From positions 10,136-74,135 of the forward strand of contig CACGGX010000005.1 in the NCBI GenBank assembly GCA_902572735.1: 64,000 bases of DNA, in the 5' to 3' direction. Each line of letters opens with the position of its first letter. Position 1 is the stretch's first letter. The notes under the pieces were generated by a model. That model was not told where the DNA came from and made no database searches. It was given only the letters and a program-made list of their open reading frames with translations. The position numbers and the translations under genes were made by a program. Shown here one piece after another: positions 37,660 through 46,885 of the stretch. Origin of the DNA: an uncultured Alphaproteobacteria bacterium. Lineage in GTDB: Bacteria > Pseudomonadota > Alphaproteobacteria > HIMB59 > GCA-002718135.

Positions 37660-38274
37660 CTATTCCCAAGTTGTTTCTAGTATCCTAACAAGACTCATAC
37701 CCCTCGGCTCCACCTCATCAAGAAAGTTTTTATGATTAGACCAAAAATCATCTCCATTGAGTTTGTCTTGCGCTAATCCATATTCCTTCATAGTATTGAA
37801 ACGAACACCAAATCCGAAGGAGTTATTATCTTTTCCATTCATTCTTCCTACAGACCCTCCTGTTGCTCCACTATCCATCCAAGCCTTAATAAATATATCA
37901 CCTTTTTCTTTAATTAAGTTTATATCTTTATGATAAAACATCCATTGTGCAAATACAGGTTTAATTCCTGCATCTGAGGGCATGTTATGTATCAATGGTT
38001 CATAAAAATTATTTGCTTCCCATTTAGTGTCAGAAAAATATGGCTCCATATCTTTTGCCCAATTTTCATCATTTGATAATTGATCATCAATTTCCCCAAA
38101 ATGAGCATAATTTTCATACCCTATAGTTGTTGTATAAAAACCATTATCCCTACCTAGATGATTTGCAATTGATGACCCAATAGCTCCATACTTTTTAAAA
38201 TATTCAGCTGCAGTCTTAAAAGCATTAATAGCATGCACGTTTGAAATACTGTACGTCCAATTTCCTACAATCAT
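37660..38274 (-). CDS. Hypothetical protein with two tandem ~95-aa alpha+beta repeats
   Basis: Long ORF with RBS-like aggagg upstream (read on the minus strand: aaaggaggtaaaatg). I recognise no family. Confidence 0.6.
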   Translation of the reverse strand: MIVGNWTYSISNVHAINAFKTAAEYFKKYGAIGSSIANHLGRDNGFYTTTIGYENYAHFGEIDDQLSNDENWAKDMEPYFSDTKWEANNFYEPLIHNMPSDAGIKPVFAQWMFYHKDINLIKEKGDIFIKAWMDSGATGGSVGRMNGKDNNSFGFGVRFNTMKEYGLAQDKLNGDDFWSNHKNFLDEVEPRGMSLVRILETTWE

Positions 38275-38472
38275 TTTACCTCCTTTAATTTAATTACAGT
38301 AAATTTAAGGAATATTATGAAATTGTTAAAAAAATATTAAAAGTTTTTTTTTAAATAGTATTTTTTAAATCAAAAATTAAGCTATGCTTAATTATTTGAT
38401 AAAAATTAAATATATTTTTTTTAAAATTAAATTAGAATGATTATAAAATAATTACTGCTTTAATACTTTTAT

Positions 38473-39324
38473 ATGAATAAAAAAAAAATTACACTAGGAT
38501 ATTGGAGTACAAAAGGACTTGGATCTGCATCAAGACAAATGATTATTTATGCAGGTGTTCCTCTAATAGCAAAAATTTATAAAGTACTTCCTAAAGAAGA
38601 GAATAATCAGATTATATATGAGGGAAGTTCATGGCATGATAATGATAAAATTGATTTAAAGAAAAAAAATAGTTTAATTAATCTACCATACTTAAAATAT
38701 TTTAAGGATGATAAAGAATTCATAATATCTCATTCCAATACTTGTCTTACTTTTTTGGGTAAAGAATTTGGTATGTTTGGTGAGACGCAAGAGGAAGAGC
38801 TGGAGTGTGAGCAGTTACTTCAAGAAACTGTAGATCTAAGATCAATTGTAACAAGATTTGCTTATACCCATTTTAATTCTAAAGATGAAGAATTACTAGC
38901 GGCTAAAGAAGTTTACAATACCGCATTTGAAAATTCTAATTCTGGTAAACTTCAAAAATTTGAACATTGGCTTTCTTCAAAAGAGAAAAGCAAAACAAAA
39001 TTATTTTTAGTAGGTAATAAAATTTCTTCTCCAGACTTTAACCTTTTTGATACTTTAGATCTTTATTGTGAGTTTTTACTTTATTATAATTTTGTTGAAA
39101 ATGCAGATAAAAATAATGTTTTTGCTTTGCTTAAATATCCTCAGATTTCAGATTTTTTTAATAATTTTAAACAACTTCCCAAAATGCAAAAATATTTTGA
39201 ATCTGAATTATATAAACTTCCATTTACAAACAAAGGTGCAAAATTTGGATCAGGTAAAAGTGGTATTACTTGGAACCCAAGTATTGATACTGATACAACA
39301 CCAGATGAAATAATTGTTGAATAA
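38473..39324 (+). CDS. Glutathione S-transferase-like protein with mu-class-like motifs and a C-terminal extension
   Basis: ITLGYWSTKGLG, NLPYL, ISHSNTCLTFLGKEFGMFGETQEEE, VGNKISSPDFNLFDTLDL and YPQISDFFNNF are collinear with the mu-class GST motifs LGYWDIRGL, NLPYL, QSNAI...CGETEEE, AGNKITFVDF..D.LDL and FPNLKDFISRF. Confidence 0.7.
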   Translation: MNKKKITLGYWSTKGLGSASRQMIIYAGVPLIAKIYKVLPKEENNQIIYEGSSWHDNDKIDLKKKNSLINLPYLKYFKDDKEFIISHSNTCLTFLGKEFGMFGETQEEELECEQLLQETVDLRSIVTRFAYTHFNSKDEELLAAKEVYNTAFENSNSGKLQKFEHWLSSKEKSKTKLFLVGNKISSPDFNLFDTLDLYCEFLLYYNFVENADKNNVFALLKYPQISDFFNNFKQLPKMQKYFESELYKLPFTNKGAKFGSGKSGITWNPSIDTDTTPDEIIVE

Positions 39325-39350
39325 AAATATAAAATTTATAAAGTAATTTT

Positions 39351-39956
39351 ATGGAAGAAGTAAATTTTTGGTTTTCAATAGGAAGTACTTACACGTATTT
39401 AACAGTCAATAGGTTGCATAAGGTTGCAGAAAAAGAAAACATCAAATTTAATTGGCATCCTTTTAGTGTAAGAAAAATTATGATGGATATGGATAACATT
39501 CCATTCACGCCACCAGCCAAAAAAATAAAATCAGATTACATGTGGAGAGATATTGAAAGACGAGCAAAATTTTACGGTTTTGAAGCTAAGGTACCAGCAC
39601 CATATCCATTAAAAGAATTTGATTTAGCAAATCAAATTGCAATTCTTGGAATGAATGAAGGGTGGGGAGTTGATTATGTTTATAAAACATATCAAAGATG
39701 GTTTCAGCAAGGAAAAGAACCAGCTACACAGCCAAACTTAAACGAAATATTTAAAGAGCTTAACTTAGATGCAGAAGAAACTATAAAGAAAGCTAATGAG
39801 AAGGAAATAAAGGATAAATATCTAAGCAATACTGAATATGCATACAAAAAAGGAGTTTTTGGGAGTCCTTCCTTTATATATCAAGGTAAGGAAGTATTTT
39901 GGGGAGATGATAGACTTGAAGATTGTATTAAATGGATTAGGTTACAAGGTAAGTAA
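39351..39956 (+). CDS. 2-hydroxychromene-2-carboxylate isomerase / DsbA-like (kappa-GST-related) protein
   Basis: FWFSIGSTYTYL start and C-terminal GVFGSPSFIY.GKEVFWGDDRLE, typical of the HCCA isomerase family. Confidence 0.75.
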   Translation: MEEVNFWFSIGSTYTYLTVNRLHKVAEKENIKFNWHPFSVRKIMMDMDNIPFTPPAKKIKSDYMWRDIERRAKFYGFEAKVPAPYPLKEFDLANQIAILGMNEGWGVDYVYKTYQRWFQQGKEPATQPNLNEIFKELNLDAEETIKKANEKEIKDKYLSNTEYAYKKGVFGSPSFIYQGKEVFWGDDRLEDCIKWIRLQGK

Positions 39957-39962
39957 ATTAAT

Positions 39963-40079
39963 ATGAAGTTTCTAAATTTTATTTTTCCAAAAGGTCAATG
40001 GTCATTAACTAGAGTGGCAATACTATTTCTAATATTTATGATCCTTGATTTTATTGTTGTTTATTACAAAATTATATAA
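39963..40079 (+). CDS. Possible 38-aa single-TM peptide
   Basis: ATG ORF MKFLNFIFPKGQWSLTRVAILFLIFMILDFIVVYYKII fills the spacer. There is no other support. Confidence 0.25.
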   Translation: MKFLNFIFPKGQWSLTRVAILFLIFMILDFIVVYYKII

Positions 40080-40090
40080 GACTTAAATTA

Positions 40091-41905
40091 GTGGCTAGTG
40101 ATTTATTATTTTCTTTAAGAGATGTAGAAATCAAATTTGGCAAAAAAGTAATTTTCCAAGATCTAAACTTAAATTTACACAAGGGCGATATTATTGCGCT
40201 TGTTGGCAAAAATGGTGTTGGCAAAACTACATTAATGAAGACTATTTATGGTGATCAAGATTTAGATGCTGGGGAATTATGGAATTACCCTGGTCTCAAA
40301 GTTGGATATTTCAATCAAAAATTTGAAAAATTAAATAACAAAACCATAGAAGAGAATTTTGCAGACTTACTTAATCAACAAAATAAGCATTTTGTTGATA
40401 TATTTTGCAATAAACTCAATTTAGATAAACTTGCTAATGTTGAAGATCTTTCAGGAGGTCAAAAAAGAAAAGTTTATTTAATTCGATCTTTATTAAAAGA
40501 CTCCGATGTTTTGTTATTAGATGAGCCAACCAACCATTTAGATTTGCAATGCATCGAATGGCTAGAAAGTTATTTACGCAATTTAAATAAGACAATTATA
40601 TGTGTCAGTCATGATAGAACTTTTCTCAGTAACTTTACGAATAAAGTTTTTTGGATAGATAGAGGAAAATTACGGGTAAGCCCAAGAGGATTTAAGGATT
40701 TTGATAAATGGTCAGAGGAGTTACTCGATCAAGAATATAGAGAATTAAGAAATAGAAAGCAATTTGTTAATATTGAACTCGAGTGGGCAAATAAAGGAGT
40801 AAAGGCCCGAGTTAAGCGAAATGAAAAAAGATTAAAAAGAGCGAAAGAATTAAAAGCGCAATTAGAAAAAGATGAAGCTTCTTATAGAAGTGCAATTAAA
40901 TCTTTAAGACCTCAAGTTTCTAAAAAATCAACTGATCAATCGAAATTTATTGCTGAACTTCAAGAAGTGTTTGTGAAATATCCAAATCAAAGTGAATTTG
41001 TTTTTAAAAATTTATCCATTAAAATTTCAAAAAATGATCGTATCGGTCTATTAGGGAATAATGGAAGTGGTAAATCAACTTTTCTTCGTACCATCCTTAA
41101 TGAAATAAAAATTTCTAAAGGTAAAATCAAGCTGAAAAAAAATTTAGAATTTTCTTATTTTGATCAAATGCGTAATGATCTTAATGGCAGAAAATCTATT
41201 AAAGATATCTTAGTTCCCTCAGGAGGAGACTATTTAAAAGTTCAAGGAAAAGATAGGCATGTTTGCAGTTACGTGAAAGATTTTCAGTTTGATCCTAAAA
41301 ATGTCAATCATACGATACAAACATTATCAGGTGGAGAACAGAATAGATTACTTTTGGCAAAAGTTTTAGCTAATCCGAAGACTGGACTTATATTAGATGA
41401 GCCAACAAATGACCTAGATTTAGAAACATTAGATCTATTAACTGAAATGTTATCCAATTATAATGGAACTTTATTAATAGTATCGCATGACCGAGATTTT
41501 TTAGATCAAACTGTAAATAAAATTCTACATTTCAAAGAGGATGGAAATGTTTCATTGTTTTTTGGTGGATACAGTGATTTTTTAAAATCTGAAAATCAAC
41601 AAGTTACTAAAAATAAAGAAACTAAAAAATCACGTTCAGAAAACAACAAAGTAAAAAGTTCTAAAGCTAAATTATCATATAAGTTTCAATATGAATTAGA
41701 GCAATTACCAAACCAAATAAAAAATATTCAACAAGAATTAGAAGATATTAAAAATGAATTAAAGGATACAAACCTATATTTGGAAAATTTTGAACGCTAT
41801 CAAGACATAACGTCCAAAATGGAAATTCTTAATAGTGATCTCAATACAAAAGAGAATAGATGGTTTGAATTAATTAAAATGGAAGAGGATTTAGTTAGTA
41901 ATTAA
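40091..41905 (+). CDS. ABC-F family ATPase (Uup-like, no membrane domain)
   Basis: Two ABC cassettes (GKNGVGKTT/LSGGQKRK and GNNGSGKST/LSGGEQNR), a charged linker and a C-terminal coiled coil. GTG start. Confidence 0.9.
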   Translation: MASDLLFSLRDVEIKFGKKVIFQDLNLNLHKGDIIALVGKNGVGKTTLMKTIYGDQDLDAGELWNYPGLKVGYFNQKFEKLNNKTIEENFADLLNQQNKHFVDIFCNKLNLDKLANVEDLSGGQKRKVYLIRSLLKDSDVLLLDEPTNHLDLQCIEWLESYLRNLNKTIICVSHDRTFLSNFTNKVFWIDRGKLRVSPRGFKDFDKWSEELLDQEYRELRNRKQFVNIELEWANKGVKARVKRNEKRLKRAKELKAQLEKDEASYRSAIKSLRPQVSKKSTDQSKFIAELQEVFVKYPNQSEFVFKNLSIKISKNDRIGLLGNNGSGKSTFLRTILNEIKISKGKIKLKKNLEFSYFDQMRNDLNGRKSIKDILVPSGGDYLKVQGKDRHVCSYVKDFQFDPKNVNHTIQTLSGGEQNRLLLAKVLANPKTGLILDEPTNDLDLETLDLLTEMLSNYNGTLLIVSHDRDFLDQTVNKILHFKEDGNVSLFFGGYSDFLKSENQQVTKNKETKKSRSENNKVKSSKAKLSYKFQYELEQLPNQIKNIQQELEDIKNELKDTNLYLENFERYQDITSKMEILNSDLNTKENRWFELIKMEEDLVSN

Positions 41906-41912
41906 GAGACTA

Positions 41913-42701
41913 TTAATACGCGCTAGTATTATCAGATTTAGTATCTACATCTTTCAATTCTTTTAATAAACTTTCAGCATGTGATGTCATCATTCTAAAA
42001 TCAGAAAGTAAAGTGGTAAATTGGAAACCATAATCCATCATTTCTTTCATATACTTAACTGATCCATTATGGATACCGGCAATCTTTCCTTTTTCTTTAG
42101 CTTTTTTTGCAATCATTTTAATATTTGAAAATACTGGATCTTCACGAACATCAAATTTAGGCGGTAAGCCATATGAAGAACTCATATCTGCAGGCCCAAT
42201 ATAAATACCAGTCAAATTTGGAACTGAAAGAATGGTATCTAGGTTCTCCACTGCTTGTTTCGTTTCGATCATTGCTAAACTTACAATATTATCATTTGCG
42301 TGTTGATAGTAATCTGAACCATAAACTACTTGCGCTCTCATTGGACCAAAGCTTCTTTGACCTATTGGAGGATAATAACAATATGAAACAAACTTTTCAC
42401 AGTCCTCTTTAGTATTAATCATTGGTGCAATAATTCCTTGAATACCTAAATCTAACATTTTCATAATTATACCTGGCTCGTTCCATGGAACTCTTGTCAT
42501 AGGTACAGTATCACTATTTGTTAATCCTTGGATCATCGCAATTGAACTTGAATAATCATTCTGGCCATGCTGCATATCGATAGTTACTGAATCCCAACCC
42601 ATTTTACCAAAGGCTTCAGCAGTAAAAGAATTCGGTATGGACAACCATGCATTTATTGAAGCTTTGTTTTGCTTCCAAATATCAAATAATTTATTTTTCA
42701 T
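41913..42701 (-). CDS. HpcH/HpaI-family 2-keto-3-deoxy-acid aldolase
   Basis: W.SIPNSFTAEAFGKMGWDSVTIDMQHG...RVPWNEP...ETK.A..N.D.I pattern. Confidence 0.8.
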   Translation of the reverse strand: MKNKLFDIWKQNKASINAWLSIPNSFTAEAFGKMGWDSVTIDMQHGQNDYSSSIAMIQGLTNSDTVPMTRVPWNEPGIIMKMLDLGIQGIIAPMINTKEDCEKFVSYCYYPPIGQRSFGPMRAQVVYGSDYYQHANDNIVSLAMIETKQAVENLDTILSVPNLTGIYIGPADMSSSYGLPPKFDVREDPVFSNIKMIAKKAKEKGKIAGIHNGSVKYMKEMMDYGFQFTTLLSDFRMMTSHAESLLKELKDVDTKSDNTSAY

Positions 42702-42779
42702 AATTACAGTTGAAATTTGTTCATATATTAAAATCTATATTTATTATACTTAAATAATATTTATTTTATAAAACTAAAT

Positions 42780-42893
42780 ATGAAAAAATTTTTAATATGG
42801 ACTCTGATTATAATATTTTTCATCTTAGTTTTTTATTTTTCCTTCAACTATTTTATAGGATTAATACGAGACCAAATGATTTTTTTGCTATAA
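42780..42893 (+). CDS. Possible 37-aa single-TM peptide
   Basis: ATG ORF MKKFLIWTLIIIFFILVFYFSFNYFIGLIRDQMIFLL in the aldolase-gntR spacer. No other support. Confidence 0.2.
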   Translation: MKKFLIWTLIIIFFILVFYFSFNYFIGLIRDQMIFLL

Positions 42894-42957
42894 TAAAATA
42901 TCACAATCCATATTATTTCTACTTACATTTCAGAAAAATTCCTTTGAACTGAATTCA

Positions 42958-42973
42958 ACTTATTATAATAAGT
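42958..42973. promoter_or_regulatory. Candidate GntR/HutC operator O1: perfect 16-bp palindrome ACTTATTATAATAAGT
   Basis: Self-complementary by hand check. Ends 7 nt before the gntR-family ATG. An identical copy lies at 43670..43685. Confidence 0.6.
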
Positions 42974-42980
42974 AGTTAGA

Positions 42981-43670
42981 ATGACAAATATCCCAAAATA
43001 TAAAAAAATATATGACCAAATAGTAAAATTAATTCTTACTAACGAATGGCCTGTTGGCTCTAACATGAAGTCAGAAAGTGAATTAATCAAAACATTTGGT
43101 GTTAGTAGATTAACAATTAGAAATGTACTTAATATTTTAGAAAACGAAGGCAGAATTAAAAGAAGTAGAGGTAGAGCAACAGTAATATTAGATAAGCTTT
43201 TAAAAAATCCATTTAATTCTGAAATAAAAGATTTTTCAGTCACACTTAATGCTGACTATAAACTTTTGGATGTTCAAGTTATAAAAAATAATTTCACAAA
43301 AAAATTTAAAAATTCTTCCTCACTTTATTATATTAAGAGATTAAGAAGACTTAAAAATAATGAAGTATATTTAATTAGCAGAGCCTATATTCCAATTGAA
43401 ATAGTTGGTAAGAATGTAGATAAAAAAATATTTAAAGATAAAAATCTACTAGATGTTTTAATGAATGATTTTAAAATCAATATAAAAAAGAGTAATCAGG
43501 AAGTTTCTGCAGTTAATTTAAGTAAAAACGACTCAGGTTTATTCAATACTGCAAAAGGATATCCAGCAATTTCAAATACATGGAATCTTTATGATATTTC
43601 CAATAGATTAGTATTAATTGATCAAGAGTTTACAGTTAGGCCAATAAAAGTAGAGAATTTATATCAATAA
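42981..43670 (+). CDS. GntR-family transcriptional regulator, HutC subfamily (wHTH + UTRA effector domain)
   Basis: Y..I...I......W..GS.MKSESELIKTFGVSRLTIRNVLNILENEGRI.R..G, followed by an ~150-aa UTRA-like domain. Confidence 0.85.
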   Translation: MTNIPKYKKIYDQIVKLILTNEWPVGSNMKSESELIKTFGVSRLTIRNVLNILENEGRIKRSRGRATVILDKLLKNPFNSEIKDFSVTLNADYKLLDVQVIKNNFTKKFKNSSSLYYIKRLRRLKNNEVYLISRAYIPIEIVGKNVDKKIFKDKNLLDVLMNDFKINIKKSNQEVSAVNLSKNDSGLFNTAKGYPAISNTWNLYDISNRLVLIDQEFTVRPIKVENLYQ

Positions 43671-43686
43671 CTTATTATAATAAGTT
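43669..43686. promoter_or_regulatory. Candidate GntR/HutC operator O2: the same palindrome extended to 18 bp (AACTTATTATAATAAGTT)
   Basis: Overlaps the regulator's stop codon and lies 59 nt upstream of the binding-protein ATG. Confidence 0.6.
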
Positions 43687-43744
43687 GATTAACTTTCTTG
43701 AAATTATTATAAATAATTATTTTATATATTTATATTAAGGAGGA

Positions 43745-45073
43745 ATGATGAATAAAATTTTAAACATATTCTTATCTTTTGTTCTTACTGCATTTTTTGC
43801 AACTTCAACGTTTGCTGCTACAAAAGTAGTCTGGTGGATGGAAAGTGACGCAACAACTGACCCAGTAGTACAAGAATTATTTGTTGACGCATTTAATGCT
43901 GAACATGATGATATTGAATTAGAAGTTGTTTTTAAAGAAGATATCAACGATACAATTAGACCAGCTCTTCTTTCTGGAAGTGGTCCTGATATTTTTGATA
44001 CACCTGGTGCATCTTACATAAAAATTTATCAAGATGCTGGACTCGTGAAATCATTGCAAGAGTATGCTGATCAATATGGTTGGCAAGATAAACTTTTAGA
44101 ATGGGCTTACAATTCAGGTGTGTTTAGTGGTGAACTATACTCAATTCCAAAAAACTATGAAACAATGATTTATTTTTATAATAAAACTTTGTTCGAAGAA
44201 AACGGATGGAGTCTTCCTAATAATTTAGAAGAGCTTGAAGCATTAGCTGCAAAAATAAAAGCTAAGGGCATGAACCCTTATGCGTACGGATCTACTGGTT
44301 GGCAGCCAACACATGAGCACTTAGTAGGTAACTATTTTAACACTTATGCTGGACCAGATAATGTTTACAAAGCATTGATTGGTGAAAAAAAATGGACTGA
44401 TCCAGAATTTGTAGAGTCAATTGAACTTTTAAGAAAACACATGGTCGATGATGGTTATTGGTCTGGTGGTTTAGAGACATATTACTCTCTAGGTTGGGAT
44501 GACTTCAATGGTGAATTTGTTAACAGAGAATCAGCAATGTTAATGATCGGAACTTGGGGCTTCAATGTAACTGCTACAAACTTTGCTGAAAGTTCTGATG
44601 ATTGGGATTGGGCTGCTTTGCCTATACTTCATCCTCAAGCAGGAGATAGACCAAATTATCAACTTGCAACAGGTGGAACAATGTCAGTAAATGCTGCATC
44701 TAAAAATCCTGAAGCTGCTGCAAAGGTTATTGATTGGATTCTATCAGATAGAGCAAGAGTTCTTAGTGTAACTGGTCAATTAGGCTACGGCGCATGGTTG
44801 ATGCCACTACATTATGAAGACAGTGACTTTGATCCAAATATTGATCCAAGACAAAAAAGATTCTTAACTGAATTTGCTGAAGCTACAGGATCTGGAAATT
44901 ATGGTTACACGACATGGACTTTCTATCCTAATGATCCAGGTGTTCACATTTGGAAAGATATGGAAGTTGTTTGGGCAGGAGATATTACTCCGCTTGAGTT
45001 CATGGAAGAATCACAAAGACTATGGGACAAAGCACGTGAAGACGATGCATTAGTTCCAGTTGGAAAAAGATAA
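43745..45073 (+). CDS. Periplasmic sugar-binding protein, ABC family 1 (CUT1)
   Basis: Strong RBS aaggagga and signal peptide ...AFFATSTFAATK. A 442-aa W/Y-rich family-1 binding-protein pattern. Confidence 0.85.
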   Translation: MMNKILNIFLSFVLTAFFATSTFAATKVVWWMESDATTDPVVQELFVDAFNAEHDDIELEVVFKEDINDTIRPALLSGSGPDIFDTPGASYIKIYQDAGLVKSLQEYADQYGWQDKLLEWAYNSGVFSGELYSIPKNYETMIYFYNKTLFEENGWSLPNNLEELEALAAKIKAKGMNPYAYGSTGWQPTHEHLVGNYFNTYAGPDNVYKALIGEKKWTDPEFVESIELLRKHMVDDGYWSGGLETYYSLGWDDFNGEFVNRESAMLMIGTWGFNVTATNFAESSDDWDWAALPILHPQAGDRPNYQLATGGTMSVNAASKNPEAAAKVIDWILSDRARVLSVTGQLGYGAWLMPLHYEDSDFDPNIDPRQKRFLTEFAEATGSGNYGYTTWTFYPNDPGVHIWKDMEVVWAGDITPLEFMEESQRLWDKAREDDALVPVGKR

Positions 45074-45088
45074 TTCCAATTTATTTTC

Positions 45089-45115
45089 AATAAGGGGAAT
45101 TTTATTCCCCTTATT
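45089..45115 (+). other. Intra-operon stem-loop after the binding-protein gene
   Basis: aataaggggaat-ttt-attccccttatt, a 12-bp perfect stem 16 nt after the stop codon. Confidence 0.6.
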
Positions 45116-45132
45116 TTAAAAATATAAAAAAT

Positions 45133-46011
45133 ATGCCAAAGTTTTTGACTAATATAAATGCGATTTCATGGTATTTTTTAATGCCAGTATTGTTCATACA
45201 TTTCTTTGTTATAGCTTTTCCATCTATACTTAGCTTACTCTTATGCTTAACTGATTGGAATGGTTTTGGAAAAATAAACTATGTAGGTTTAGAAAATTTT
45301 GAAGAATTATTTAGGGATAGAATTTTCAAAAAGGCTGTCTATCACAATTTCATATGGACAATAATGTTTTTAACTATTCCAGTAATTGTCGCTTTAATCA
45401 TAGCTTATCTCTTAACTGGAATTAAAAGAGGGCAACTTTTTTACAGACTCGTTTATTTTTTCCCTTATATTTTAGCAAGTATAGTTAATTGTTTAATTTG
45501 GAGATATATCTTTCATCCAAAACATGGATTGGGCGGATGGTTTGAAAACCAAGGAATTGATTTTCTCTCAAAGTCACCTTTTGCTATGAAAGAGACAGCG
45601 TTATACGCCGTTGCCTGGGTTGACATGTGGCACTTCTGGGGTTTCTTAGTTATCATTTATTTAACTGGAATGTATCAAGTAGATGAATCTCTTTATGAGG
45701 CTGCAGATATTGAAGGAGCAACGAAATTTCAAAAATTTAGATACATAACTATACCAATGATAAGACCAATTTTTATATTATCTTTAATCATTATAATTAT
45801 TTGGTCTGTTCCAACATTTGATTATGTTTACATTTTAACAATGGGAGGCCCAGCATATAGCTCAGAAGTTGTAGCTAATCATCTATACTCTCAAGCGTTT
45901 CAGCGAATGAATGTTGGTTATGCATCTACTATAGGTGTGATGATGTTCTTCTATGTCGGTATAATAGTTGGCTTTTTTGCACTTTTAAGGCGTTTGGGTT
46001 GGGAGGTATAA
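45133..46011 (+). CDS. CUT1 sugar ABC transporter permease (MalF/UgpA-like)
   Basis: EAA loop ESLYEAADIEGATKFQKFRYITIP. Six TM segments. Confidence 0.9.
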   Translation: MPKFLTNINAISWYFLMPVLFIHFFVIAFPSILSLLLCLTDWNGFGKINYVGLENFEELFRDRIFKKAVYHNFIWTIMFLTIPVIVALIIAYLLTGIKRGQLFYRLVYFFPYILASIVNCLIWRYIFHPKHGLGGWFENQGIDFLSKSPFAMKETALYAVAWVDMWHFWGFLVIIYLTGMYQVDESLYEAADIEGATKFQKFRYITIPMIRPIFILSLIIIIIWSVPTFDYVYILTMGGPAYSSEVVANHLYSQAFQRMNVGYASTIGVMMFFYVGIIVGFFALLRRLGWEV

Positions 46012-46020
46012 AAATCACAA

Positions 46021-46863
46021 ATGGCGACTGCAAGATTTAGACAAAGATCTAGTTATATAAACCATTCTATTTTATTTTTTATGGCCTTAACTATTATATT
46101 GCCATTACTAGTTTTAATTTTTAACTCTATAAAACCTGTTGAGGAATTTGGTACTAATCCTTTAGGTTTCCCAACTGAAATAAGATTGATGAATTACTAT
46201 GATGCTTGGGTAAATGGAAACTATACTCAAATATTTTTTAACTCAATGACTCTTGTTGTGGGAACGTTAATTTTAAATTTAACAGTTTCCGGACTTGCTG
46301 CATTTAGTTTAGCCGCTTTAAATCCTAGAGGCATTCAAACAGTTGTTGTTGGTTTATATCTATTAGTTGGAATTAGTATACCCGCACAATTATATATTTT
46401 ACCATTATTTCTTATGTGGAAAAGCTTGTATCTTCTGGACACAAGGATTGGGTTAATTATTATTTATAGTGCCTTAAATGCACCCTTTGCAACTTTTTTA
46501 ATTCGATCCTATATGCTTCAATTACCAACTGAACTTTTTGAAGCTGCGAAACTAGATGGAGCTTCAACAATGCAATTATTTACGCGAGTAGCGTTACCAT
46601 TATCTTGGCCTGTATTTTTAACTACAGCTTTAATTGTATCATTAAATGTTTGGAACGAATTTTTATTTGCAATCACATTTATCATAACGGATGATTACAA
46701 ACCTATTTCGTCTATATTATTTGCTTTCCAAAGTAGATTTGCAAATGATTATGGGTTGGTAAGCGCAGCTTCAATTTTAATGGCTGCACCAATTGCTATT
46801 TTATTTATGTTTTTCCAAAGAAGGTTTATTGCTGGTTTAACGAGTGGAGCAACTAAAGGTTAA
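46021..46863 (+). CDS. CUT1 sugar ABC transporter permease (MalG/UgpE-like)
   Basis: EAA loop ELFEAAKLDGASTMQLFTRVALP. Six TM segments. Confidence 0.9.
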   Translation: MATARFRQRSSYINHSILFFMALTIILPLLVLIFNSIKPVEEFGTNPLGFPTEIRLMNYYDAWVNGNYTQIFFNSMTLVVGTLILNLTVSGLAAFSLAALNPRGIQTVVVGLYLLVGISIPAQLYILPLFLMWKSLYLLDTRIGLIIIYSALNAPFATFLIRSYMLQLPTELFEAAKLDGASTMQLFTRVALPLSWPVFLTTALIVSLNVWNEFLFAITFIITDDYKPISSILFAFQSRFANDYGLVSAASILMAAPIAILFMFFQRRFIAGLTSGATKG

Positions 46864-46885
46864 TATTTAAAACGGGAGTAATTAA

